Assembly: GCA_964057225.1 (NCBI GenBank)
Contig: OZ059896.1
Span: 5,580,001-5,644,000 of the forward strand
Source of the DNA: Auanema rhodensis
Taxonomy: Eukaryota > Animalia > Nematoda
Reading direction: 5' to 3'
DNA length: 64,000 bases
The notes beneath the pieces were generated by a model. That model was not told the origin of the DNA and did no database searches. It saw only the letters and a program-made list of their open reading frames with translations. Shown here piece after piece: positions 39,201 to 53,100 of the stretch; positions within the stretch are counted from its first letter, which is position 1, and every line of letters begins with the position of its first letter. The position numbers were made by a program, and so were the translations under genes.

Positions 39201-42200
39201 CCAAAAATTTCAAAATAATTTAGCAAAAAGTAGATGTTTTTAGATTGCTTTTTTCAAGGCAAAAACGATGGACAATGTAATTCAACGAAAAAATTAATTC
39301 TTCAGGGTGAAAATCGAGGATATAAGTGTGAACTTATATCAGTTGATATCTCGGTGCATTTTTAAGCTAGCGCAAATCTGATAACACAGATCTACGCAGC
39401 TTAAAAATCCGCATCGAATGCACTAAACTACATTGAGAAAAGCTTAATACAAAAATTAGTTATGATCGTTTGAAAAATGATGCACTAGTGTATGTTGAGT
39501 TTCCATGTACACTCAAAATTGCTTCCAAAAACATTTTGACAAAACTTTTTTCGAGAAATTTCAAAATAATTTAGCAAAAAGTAGATGTTTCTAGATTTCT
39601 TTTTTCAAGGCAAAAACGATGGACAATGTTATTCAACGAAAAAATTAATTCTTCAGGGTGAAAATCGAGGATATAAGTGTGAACTTATATCAGTTGATAT
39701 CTCGGTGCATTTTTAAGCTAGCGCAAATCTGATAACACAGATCTACGCAGCTTAAAAATCCGCATCGAATGCACTAAACTACATTGAGAAAAGCTTAATA
39801 CAAAAATTAGTTATGATCGTTTGAAAAATGATGCATTAGTGTATGTTGAGTTTCCATGTACACTCAAAATTGCTTCCAAAAACATTTTGACAAAACTTTT
39901 TTCGAAAAATTTCAAAATAATTTAGCAAAAAGTAGATGTTTTTAGATTCCTTTTTTCAAGGCAAAAACGATGGACAATGTTATTCAACGAAAAAATTAAT
40001 TCTTCAGGGTGAAAATCGAGGATATAAGTGTGAACTTATATCAGTTGATATCTCGGTGCATTTTTAAGCTAGCGCAAATCTGATAACACAGATCTACGCA
40101 GCCTAAAAATACACATCGAATGCACTATACTACATGGAGAAACGCTCAATACAAAAATTAGTTATGATCGTTTGAAAAATGATGCACTAGTGTATGTTGA
40201 GTTTCCATGTACACTCAAAATTGCTTCCAAAAACATTTTGACAAAAATTTTTTCGAAAAATTTCAAGATAATTTAGCAAAAAGTAGATGTTTTTAGATTC
40301 CTTTTTTCAAGGCAAAAACGATGGACAATGTTATTCAACGAAAAAATTAATTCTTCAGGGTGAAAATCGAGGATATAAGTGTGAACTTATATCAGTTGAT
40401 ATCTCGGTGCATTTTTAAGCTAGCGCAAATCTGATAACACAGATCTACGCAGCTTAAAAATCCGCATCGAATGCACTATACTACATGGAGAAACGCTCAA
40501 TACAAAAATTAGTTATGATCGTTTGAAAAATGATGCACTAGTGTATGTTAGTTTCCATGTACACTCAAAATTGCTTCCAAAAACATTTTGACAAAAATTT
40601 TTTCCAAAAATTTCAAAATAATTTAGCAAAAAGTAGATGTTTTTAGATTGCTTTTTTCAAGGCAAAAACGATGGACAATGTAATTCAACGAAAAAATTAA
40701 TTCTTCAGGGTGAAAATCGAGGATATAAGTGTGAACTTATATCAGTTGATATCTCGGTGCATTTTCAAGCTAGCGCAAATCTGATAGTACAGATCGACGC
40801 AGCTTAAAAATCCGCATCGAATGCACTATACTACATTGAGAAACGCTTAGTACAAAAATTAGTTATGATCGTTTGAAAAATGATGCATTAGTGTATGTTG
40901 AGTTTCCATGTACACTCAAAATTGCTTCCAAAAACATTTTGACAAAACTTTTTTCGAAAAATTTCAAAATAATTTAGCAAAAACTAGATGTTTCTAGATT
41001 TCTTTTTTCAAGGCAAAAACGATGGACAATGTTATTCAACGAAAAAATTAATTCTTCAGGGTGAAAATCGAGGATATAAGTGTGAACTTATATCAGTTGA
41101 TATCTCGGTGCATTTTTAAGCTAGCGCAAATCTGATAACACAGATCTACGCAGCTTAAAAATCCGCATCGAATGCACTAAACTACATTGAGAAAAGCTTA
41201 ATACAAAAATTAGTTATGATCGTTTGAAAAATGATGCACTAGTGTATGTTGAGTTTCCATGTACACTCAAAATTGCTTCCAAAAACATTTTGACAAAAAT
41301 TTTTTCCAAAAATTTCAAAATAATTTAGCAAAAAGTAGATGTTTTTAGATTCCTTTTTTCAAGGCAAAAACGATGGACAATGTTATTCAACGAAAAAATT
41401 AATTCTTCAGGGTGAAAATCGAGGATATAAGTGTGAACTTATATCAGTTGATATCTCGGTGCATTTTCAAGTTAGCGCAAATCTGATAGTACAGATCGAC
41501 GCAGCTTAAAAATCCGCATCGAATGCACTATACTACATTGAGAAACGCTTAATACAAAAATTAGTCATGATCGTTTGAAAAATGATGCATTAGTGTATGT
41601 TGAGTTTCCATGTACACTCAAAATTGCTTCCAAAAACATTTTGACAAAAATTTTTTCGAAAAATTTCAAGATAATTTAGCAAAAAGTAGATGTTTTTAGA
41701 TTCCTTTTTTCAAGGCAAAAACGATGGACAATGTTATTCAACGAAAAAATTAATTCTTCAGGGTGAAAATCGAGGATATAGGTGTGAACTTATATCAGTT
41801 GATATCTCGGTGCATTTTTAAGCTAGCGCAAATCTGATAACACAGATCTACGCAGCTTAAAAATCCGCATCGAATGCACTAAACTACATTGAGAAAAGCT
41901 TAATACAAAAATTAGTTATGATCGTTTGAAAAATGATGCATTAGTGTATGTTGAGTTTCCATGTACACTCAAAATTGCTTCCAAAAACATTTTGACAAAA
42001 CTTTTTTCGAAAAATTTCAAAATAATTTAGCAAAAAGTAGATGTTTTTAGATTCCTTTTTTCAAGGCAAAAACGATGGACAATGTTATTCAACGAAAAAA
42101 TTAATTCTTCAGGGTGAAAATCGAAGATATAAGTGTGAACTTATATCAGTTGATATCTCGGTGCATTTTTAAGCTAGCGCAAATCTGATAACACAGATCT

Positions 42201-45200
42201 ACGCAGCCTAAAAATACGCATCGAATGCACTATACTACATGGAGAAACGCTCAATACAAAAATTAGTTATGATCGTTTGAAAAATGATGCACTAGTGTAT
42301 GTTGAGTTTCCATGTACACTCAAAATTGCTTCCAAAAACATTTTGACAAAAATTTTTTCCAAAAATTTCAAAATAATTTAGCAAAAAGTAGATGTTTTTA
42401 GATTCCTTTTTTCAAGGCAAAAACGATGGACAATGTAATTCAACGAAAAAATTGATTCTTCAGGGTGAAAATCGAGGATATAAGTGTGAACTTATATCAG
42501 TTGATATCTCGGTGCATTTTCAAGCTAGCGCAAATCTGATAGTACAGATCGACGCAGCTTAAAAATCCGCATCGAATGCACTATACTACATTGAGAAACG
42601 CTTAATACAAAAATTAGTCATGATCGTTTGAAAAATGATGCATTAGTGTATGTTGAGTTTCCATGTACACTCAAAATTGCTTCCAAAAACATTTTGACAA
42701 AAATTTTTTCGAAAAATTTCAAGATAATTTAGCAAAAAGTAGATGTTTTTAGATTCCTTTTTTCAAGGCAAAAACGATGGACAATGTTATTCAACGAAAA
42801 AATTAATTCTTCAGGGTGAAAATCGAGGATATAGGTGTGAACTTATATCAGTTGATATCTCGGTGCATTTTTAAGCTAGCGCAAATCTGATAACACAGAT
42901 CTACGCAGCTTAAAAATCCGCATCGAATGCACTAAACTACATTGAGAAAAGCTTAATACAAAAATTAGTTATGATCGTTTGAAAAATGATGCATTAGTGT
43001 ATGTTGAGTTTCCATGTACACTCAAAATTGCTTCCAAAAACATTTTGACAAAACTTTTTTCGAAAAATTTCAAAATAATTTAGCAAAAAGTAGATGTTTT
43101 TAGATTCCTTTTTTCAAGGCAAAAACGATGGACAATGTTATTCAACGAAAAAATTAATTCTTCAGGGTGAAAATCGAGGATATAAGTGTGAACTTATATC
43201 AGTTGATATCTCGGTGCATTTTTAAGCTAGCGCAAATCTGATAACACAGATCTACGCAGCCTAAAAATACGCATCGAATGCACTATACTACATGGAGAAA
43301 CGCTCAATACAAAAATTAGTTATGATCGTTTGAAAAATGATGCACTAGTGTATGTTGAGTTTCCATGTACACTCAAAATTGCTTCCAAAAACATTTTGAC
43401 AAAAATTTTTTCCAAAAATTTCAAAATAATTTAGCAAAAAGTAGATGTTTTTAGATTGCTTTTTTCAAGGCAAAAACGATGGACAATGTAATTCAACGAA
43501 AAAATTGATTCTTCAGGGTGAAAATCGAGGATATAAGTGTGAACTTATATCAGTTGATATCTCGGTGCATTTTCAAGCTAGCGCAAATCTGATAGTACAG
43601 ATCGACGCAGCTTAAAAATCCGCATCGAATGCACTATACTACATTGAGAAACGCTTAGTACAAAAATTAGTTATGATCGTTTGAAAAATGATGCATTAGT
43701 GTATGTTGAGTTTCCATGTACACTCAAAATTGCTTCCAAAAACATTTTGACAAAAATTTTTTCGAAAAATTTCAAGATAATTTAGCAAAAAGTAGATGTT
43801 TTTAGATTCCTTTTTTCAAGGCAAAAACGATGGACAATGTTATTCAACGAAAAAATTAATTCTTCAGGGTGAAAATCGAGGATATAAGTTTGAACTTATA
43901 TCAGTTGATATCTCGGTGCATTTTCAAGCTAGCGCAAATCTGATAGTACAGATCGACGCAGCTTAAAAATCCGCATCGAATGCACTATACTACATTGAGA
44001 AACGCTTAGTACAAAAATTAGTTATGATCGTTTGAAAAATGATGCATTAGTGTATGTTGAGTTTCCATGTACACTCAAAATTGCTTCCAAAAACATTTTG
44101 ACAAAAATTTTTTCGAAAAATTTCAAGATAATTTAGCAAAAAGTAGATGTTTTTAGATTCCTTTTTTCAAGGCAAAAACGATGGACAATGTTATTCAACG
44201 AAAAAATTAATTCTTCAGGGTGAAAATCGAGGATATAAGTGTGAACATATATCAGTTGATATCTCGGTGCATTTTTAAGCTAGCGCAAATCTGATAACAC
44301 AGATCGACGCAGCTTAAAAATCCGCATCGAATGCACTAAACTACATTGAGAAAAGCTTAATACAAAAATTAGTTATGATCGTTTGAAAAATGATGCATTA
44401 GTGTATGTTGAGTTTCCATGTACACTCAAAATTGCTTCCAAAAACATTTTGACAAAACTTTTTTCGAAAAATTTCAAAATAATTTAGCAAAAAGTAGATG
44501 TTTTTAGATTCCTTTTTTCAAGGCAAAAACGATGGACAATGTTATTCAACGAAAAAATTAATTCTTCAGGGTGAAAATCGAGGATATAGGTGTGAACTTA
44601 TATCAGTTGATATCTCGGTGCATTTTCAAGCTAGCGCAAATCTGATAGTACAGATCGACGCAGCTTAAAAATCCGCATCGAATGCACTATACTACATTGA
44701 GAAACGCTCAATACAAAAATTAGTTATGATCGTTTGAAAAATGATGCATTAGTGTATGTTGAGTTTCCATGTACACTCAAAATTGCTTCCAAAAACATTT
44801 TGACAAAAATTTTTTCGAAAAATTTCAAGATAATTTAGCAAAAAGTAGATGTTTTTAGATTCCTTTTTTCAAGGCAAAAACGATGGACAATGTTATTCAA
44901 CGAAAAAATTAATTCTTCAGGGTGAAAATCGAGGATATAAGTGTGAACTTATATCAGTTGATATCTCGGTGCATTTTTAAGCTAGCGCAAATCTGATAAC
45001 ACAGATCTACGCAGCCTAAAAATCCGCATCGAATGCACTTTACTACATGGAGAAACGCTCAATACAAAAATTAGTTATGATCGTTTGAAAAATGATGCAC
45101 TAGTGTATGTTGAGTTTCCATGTACACTCAAAATTGCTTCCAAAAACATTTTGACAAAAATTTTTTCCAAAAATTTCAAAATAATTTAGCAAAAAGTAGA

Positions 45201-47154
45201 TGTTTTTAGATTGCTTTTTTCAAGGCAAAAACGATGGACAATGTAATTCAACGAAAAAATTAATTCTTCAGGGTGAAAATCGAGGATATAAGTGTGAACT
45301 TATATCAGTTGATATCTCGGTGCATTTTTAAGCTAGCGCAAATCTGATAACACAGATCGACGCAGCTTAAAAATCCGCATCGAATGCACTAAACTACATT
45401 GAGAAAAGCTTAATACAAAAATTAGTTATGATCGTTTGAAAAATGATGCATTAGTGTATGTTGAGTTTCCATGTACACTCAAAATTGCTTCCAAAAACAT
45501 TTTGACAAAACTTTTTTCGAAAAATTTCAAAATAATTTAGCAAAAAGTAGATGTTTTTAGATTCCTTTTTTCAAGGCAAAAACGATGGACAATGTTATTC
45601 AACGAAAAAATTAATTCTTCAGGGTGAAAATCGAGGATATAGGTGCGAACTTATATCAGTTGATATCTCGGTGCATTTTCAAGCTAGCGCAAATCTGATA
45701 GTACAGATCGACGCAGCTTAAAAATCCGCATCGAATGCACTATACTACATTGAGAAACGCTCAATACAAAAATTAGTTATGATCGTTTGAAAAATGATGC
45801 ATTAGTGTATGTTGAGTTTCCATGTACACTCAAAATTGCTTCCAAAAACATTTTGACAAAAATTTTTTCGAAAAATTTCAAGATAATTTAGCAAAAAGTA
45901 GATGTTTTTAGATTCCTTTTTTCAAGGCAAAAACGATGGACAATGTTATTCAACGAAAAAATTAATTCTTCAGGGTGAAAATCGAGGATATAAGTGTGAA
46001 CTTATATCAGTTGATATCTCGGTGCATTTTCAAGCTAGCGCAAATCTGATAACACAGATCGACGCAGCTTAAAAATCCGCATCGAATGCACTATATTACA
46101 TTGAGAAAAGCTAAATACAAAAATTAGTTATGATCGTTTGAAAAATGATGCATTAGTGTATGTTGAGTTTCCATGTACACTCAAAATTGCTTCCAAAAAC
46201 ATTTTGACAAAAATTTTTTCGAAAAATTTCAAGATAATTTAGCAAAAAGTAGATGTTTTTAGATTCCTTTTTTCAAGGCAAAAACGATGGACAATGTTAT
46301 TCAACGAAAAAATTAATTCTTCAGGGTGAAAATCGAGGATATAAGTGTGAACTTATATCAGTTGATATCTCGGTGCATTTTTAAGCTAGCGCAAATCTGA
46401 TAACACAGATCTACGCAGCCTAAAATTCCGCATCGAATGCACTATACTACATGGAGAAACGCTCAATACAAAAATTAGTTATGATCGTTTGAAAAATGAT
46501 GCACTAGTGTATGTTGAGTTTCCATGTACACTCAAAATTGCTTCCAAAAACATTTTGACAAAAATTTTTTCCAAAAATTTCAAAATAATTTAGCAAAAAG
46601 TAGATGTTTTTAGATTGCTTTTTTCAAGGCAAAAACGATGGACAATGTGATTCAACGAAAAAATTAATTCTTCAGGGTGAAAATCGAGGATATAAGTGTG
46701 AACTTATATCAGTTGATATCTCGGTGCATTTTCAAGCTAGCGCAAATCTGATAGTACAGATCGACGCAGCTTAAAAATCCGCATCGAATGCACTATACTA
46801 CATTGAGAAACGCTTAGTACAAAAATTAGTTATGATCGTTTGAAAAATGATGCATTAGTGTATGTTGAGTTTCCATGTACACTCAAAATTGCTTCCAAAA
46901 ACATTTTGACAAAACTTTTTTCGAAAAATTTCAAAATAATTTAGCAAAAAGTAGATGTTTTTAGATTCCTTTTTTCAAGGCAAAAACGATGGACAATGTT
47001 ATTCAACGAAAAAATTAATTCTTCAGGGTGAAAATCGAGGATATAAGTGTGAACATATATCAGTTGATATCTCGGTGCATTTTTAAGCTAGCGCAAATCT
47101 GATAACACAGATCGACGCAGCTTAAAAATCCGCATCGAATGCACTAAACTACAT

Positions 47155-50100
47155 TGAGAAAAGCTTAATACAAAAATTAGTTATGATCGTTTGAAAAATG
47201 ATGCATTAGTGTATGTTGAGTTTCCATGTACACTCAAAATTGCTTCCAAAAACATTTTGACAAAAATTTTTTCGAAAAATTTCAAGATAATTTAGCAAAA
47301 AGTAGATGTTTTTAGATTCCTTTTTTCAAGGCAAAAACGATGGACAATGTTATTCAACGAAAAAATTAATTCTTCAGGGTGAAAATCGAGGATATAAGTG
47401 TGAACTTATATCAGTTGATATCTCGGTGCATTTTCAAGCTAGCGCAAATCTGATAGTACAGATCGACGCAGCTTAAAAATCCGCATCGAATGCACTAAAC
47501 TACATTGAGAAAAGCTTAATACAAAAATTAGTTATGATCGTTTGAAAAATGATGCATTAGTGTATGTTGAGTTTCCATGTACACTCAAAATTGCTTCCAA
47601 AAACATTTTGACAAAACTTTTTTCGAAAAATTTCAAAATAATTTAGCAAAAAGTAGATGTTTCTAGATTCCTTTTTTCAAGGCAAAAACGATGGACAATG
47701 TTATTCAACGAAAAAATTAATTCTTCAGGGTGAAAATCGAGGATATAAGTGTGAACTTATATCAGTTGATATCTCGGTGCATTTTTAAGCTAGCGCAAAT
47801 CTGATAACACAGATCTACGCAGCTTAAAAATCCGCATCGAATGCACTAAACTACATTGAGAAAAGCTTAATACAAAAATTAGTTATGATCGTTTGAAAAA
47901 TGATGCATTAGTGTATGTTGAGTTTCCATGTACACTCAAAATTGCTTCCAAAAACATTTTGACAAAACTTTTTTCGAAAAATTTCAAAATAATTTAGCAA
48001 AAAGTAGATGTTTCTAGATTCCTTTTTTCAAGGCAAAAACGATGGACAATGTTATTCAACGAAAAAATTAATTCTTCAGGGTGAAAATCGAAGATATAGG
48101 TGTGAACTTATATCAGTTGATATCTCGGTGCATTTTTAAGCTAGCGCAAATCTGATAACACAGATCTACGCAGCTTAAAAATCCGCATCGAATGCACTAT
48201 ACTACATTGAGAAACGCTTAGTACAAAAATTAGTTATGATCGTTTGAAAAATGATGCATTAGTGTATGTTGAGTTTCCATGTACACTCAAAATTGCTTCC
48301 AAAAACATTTTGACAAAAATTTTTTCGAAAAATTTCAAGATAATTTAGCAAAAAGTAGATGTTTTTAGATTCCTTTTTTCAAGGCAAAAACGATGGACAA
48401 TGTTATTCAACGAAAAAATTAATTCTTCAGGGTGAAAATCGAGGATATAAGTGTGAACATATATCAGTTGATATCTCGGTGCATTTTTAAGCTAGCGCAA
48501 ATCTGATAACACAGATCGACGCAGCTTAAAAATCCGCATCGAATGCACTAAACTACATTGAGAAAAGCTTAATACAAAAATTAGTTATGATCGTTTGAAA
48601 AATGATGCATTAGTGTATGTTGAGTTTCCATGTACACTCAAAATTGCTTCCAAAAACATTTTGACAAAAATTTTTTCGAAAAATTTCAAGATAATTTAGC
48701 AAAAAGTAGATGTTTTTAGATTCCTTTTTTCAAGGCAAAAACGATGGACAATGTTATTCAACGAAAAAATTAATTCTTCAGGGTGAAAATCGAGGATATA
48801 AGTGTGAACTTATATCAGTTGATATCTCGGTGCATTTTCAAGCTAGCGCAAATCTGATAGTACAGATCGACGCAGCTTAAAAATCCGCATCGAATGCACT
48901 AAACTACATTGAGAAAAGCTTAATACAAAAATTAGTTATGATCGTTTGAAAAATGATGCATTAGTGTATGTTGAGTTTCCATGTACACTCAAAATTGCTT
49001 CCAAAAACATTTTGACAAAACTTTTTTCGAAAAATTTCAAAATAATTTAGCAAAAAGTAGATGTTTCTAGATTCCTTTTTTCAAGGCAAAAACGATGGAC
49101 AATGTTATTCAACGAAAAAATTAATTCTTCAGGGTGAAAATCGAGGATATAAGTGTGAACTTATATCAGTTGATATCTCGGTGCATTTTTAAGCTAGCGC
49201 AAATCTGATAACACAGATCTACGCAGCTTAAAAATCTGCATCGAATGCACTAAACTACATTGAGAAAAGCTTAATACAAAAATTAGTTATGATCGTTTGA
49301 AAAATGATGCATTAGTGTATGTTGAGTTTCCATGTACACTCAAAATTGCTTCCAAAAACATTTTGACAAAACTTTTTTCGAAAAATTTCAAAATAATTTA
49401 GCAAAAAGTAGATGTTTCTAGATTCCTTTTTTCAAGGCAAAAACGATGGACAATGTTATTCAACGAAAAAATTAATTCTTCAGGGTGAAAATCGAGGATA
49501 TAAGTGTGAACTTATATCAGTTGATATCTCGGTGCATTTTTAAGCTAGCGCAAATCTGATAACACAGATCTACGCAGCTTAAAAATCCGCATCGAATGCA
49601 CTAAACTACATTGAGAAAAGCTTAATACAAAAATTAGTTATGATCGTTTGAAAAATGATGCATTAGTGTATGTTGAGTTTCCATGTACACTCAAAATTGC
49701 TTCCAAAAACATTTTGACAAAACTTTTTTCGAAAAATTTCAAAATAATTTAGCAAAAAGTAGATGTTTCTAGATTCCTTTTTTCAAGGCAAAAACGATGG
49801 ACAATGTTATTCAACGAAAAAATTAATTCTTCAGGGTGAAAATCGAAGATATAGGTGTGAACTTATATCAGTTGATATCTCGGTGCATTTTTAAGCTAGC
49901 GCAAATCTGATAACACAGATCTACGCAGCTTAAAAATCCGCATCGAATGCACTATACTACATTGAGAAACGCTTAGTACAAAAATTAGTTATGATCGTTT
50001 GAAAAATGATGCATTAGTGTATGTTGAGTTTCCATGTACACTCAAAATTGCTTCCAAAAACATTTTGACAAAACTTTTTTCGAAAAATTTCAAAATAATT

Positions 50101-53100
50101 TAGCAAAAAGTAGATGTTTCTAGATTTCTTTTTTCAAGGCAAAAACGATGGACAATGTTATTCAACGAAAAAATTAATTCTTCAGGGTGAAAATCGAGGA
50201 TATAAGTGTGAACTTATATCAGTTGATATCTCGGTGCATTTTTAAGCTAGCGCAAATCTGATAACACAGATCTTCGCAGCTTAAAAATCCGCATCGAATG
50301 CACTAAACTACATTGAGAAAAGCTTAATACAAAAATTAGTTATGATCGTTTGAAAAATGATGCACTAGTGTATGTTGAGTTTCCATGTACACTCAAAATT
50401 GCTTCCAAAAACATTTTGACAAAAATTTTTTCCAAAAATTTCAAAATAATTTAGCAAAAAGTAGATGTTTTTAGATTCCTTTTTTCAAGGCAAAAACGAT
50501 GGACAATGTTATTCAACGAAAAAATTAATTCTTCAGGGTGAAAATCGAGGATATAAGTGTGAACTTATATCAGTTGATATCTCGGTGCATTTTCAAGTTA
50601 GCGCAAATCTGATAGTACAGATCGACGCAGCTTAAAAATCCGCATCGAATGCACTATACTACATTGAGAAACGCTTAATACAAAAATTAGTCATGATCGT
50701 TTGAAAAATGATGCATTAGTGTATGTTGAGTTTCCATGTACACTCAAAATTGCTTCCAAAAACATTTTGACAAAAATTTTTTCGAAAAATTTCAAGATAA
50801 TTTAGCAAAAAGTAGATGTTTTTAGATTCCTTTTTTCAAGGCAAAAACGATGGACAATGTTATTCAACGAAAAAATTAATTCTTCAGGGTGAAAATCGAG
50901 GATATAGGTGTGAACTTATATCAGTTGATATCTCGGTGCATTTTTAAGCTAGCGCAAATCTGATAACACAGATCTACGCAGCTTAAAAATCCGCATCGAA
51001 TGCACTAAACTACATTGAGAAAAGCTTAATACAAAAATTAGTTATGATCGTTTGAAAAATGATGCATTAGTGTATGTTGAGTTTCCATGTACACTCAAAA
51101 TTGCTTCCAAAAACATTTTGACAAAACTTTTTTCGAAAAATTTCAAAATAATTTAGCAAAAAGTAGATGTTTTTAGATTCCTTTTTTCAAGGCAAAAACG
51201 ATGGACAATGTTATTCAACGAAAAAATTAATTCTTCAGGGTGAAAATCGAGGATATAAGTGTGAACTTATATCAGTTGATATCTCGGTGCATTTTTAAGC
51301 TAGCGCAAATCTGATAACACAGATCTACGCAGCCTAAAAATACGCATCGAATGCACTATACTACATGGAGAAACGCTCAATACAAAAATTAGTTATGATC
51401 GTTTGAAAAATGATGCACTAGTGTATGTTGAGTTTCCATGTACACTCAAAATTGCTTCCAAAAACATTTTGACAAAAATTTTTTCCAAAAATTTCAAAAT
51501 AATTTAGCAAAAAGTAGATGTTTTTAGATTGCTTTTTTCAAGGCAAAAACGATGGACAATGTAATTCAACGAAAAAATTAATTCTTCAGGGTGAAAATCG
51601 AGGATATAAGTGTGAACTTATATCAGTTGATATCTCGGTGCATTTTCAAGCTAGCGCAAATCTGATAGTACAGATCGACGCAGCTTAAAAATCCGCATCG
51701 AATGCACTATACTACATTGAGAAAAGCTTAATACAAAAATTAGTTATGATCGTTTGAAAAATGATGCATTAGTGTATGTTGAGTTTCCATGTACACTCAA
51801 AATTGCTTCCAAAAACATTTTGACAAAAATTTTTTCGAAAAATTTCAAGATAATTTAGCAAAAAGTAGATGTTTTTAGATTCCTTTTTTCAAGGCAAAAA
51901 CGATGGACAATGTTATTCAACGAAAAAATTAATTCTTCAGGGTGAAAATCGAGGATATAAGTGTGAACTTATATCAGTTGATATCTCGGTGCATTTTCAA
52001 GCTAGCGCAAATCTGATAGTACAGATCGACGCAGCTTAAAAATCCGCATCGAATGCACTAAACTACATTGAGAAAAGCTTAATACAAAAATTAGTTATGA
52101 TCGTTTGAAAAATGATGCATTAGTGTATGTTGAGTTTCCATGTACACTCAAAATTGCTTCCAAAAACATTTTGACAAAACTTTTTTCGAAAAATTTCAAA
52201 ATAATTTAGCAAAAAGTAGATGTTTCTAGATTCCTTTTTTCAAGGCAAAAACGATGGACAATGTTATTCAACGAAAAAATTAATTCTTCAGGGTGAAAAT
52301 CGAGGATATAAGTGTGAACTTATATCAGTTGATATCTCGGTGCATTTTTAAGCTAGCGCAAATCTGATAACACAGATCTACGCAGCTTAAAAATCCGCAT
52401 CGAATGCACTAAACTACATTGAGAAAAGCTTAATACAAAAATTAGTTATGATCGTTTGAAAAATGATGCATTAGTGTATGTTGAGTTTCCATGTACACTC
52501 AAAATTGCTTCCAAAAACATTTTGACAAAACTTTTTTCGAAAAATTTCAAAATAATTTAGCAAAAAGTAGATGTTTCTAGATTCCTTTTTTCAAGGCAAA
52601 AACGATGGACAATGTTATTCAACGAAAAAATTAATTCTTCAGGGTGAAAATCGAAGATATAGGTGTGAACTTATATCAGTTGATATCTCGGTGCATTTTT
52701 AAGCTAGCGCAAATCTGATAACACAGATCTACGCAGCTTAAAAATCCGCATCGAATGCACTATACTACATTGAGAAACGCTTAGTACAAAAATTAGTTAT
52801 GATCGTTTGAAAAATGATGCATTAGTGTATGTTGAGTTTCCATGTACACTCAAAATTGCTTCCAAAAACATTTTGACAAAAATTTTTTCGAAAAATTTCA
52901 AGATAATTTAGCAAAAAGTAGATGTTTTTAGATTCCTTTTTTCAAGGCAAAAACGATGGACAATGTTATTCAACGAAAAAATTAATTCTTCAGGGTGAAA
53001 ATCGAGGATATAAGTGTGAACATATATCAGTTGATATCTCGGTGCATTTTTAAGCTAGCGCAAATCTGATAACACAGATCGACGCAGCTTAAAAATCCGC

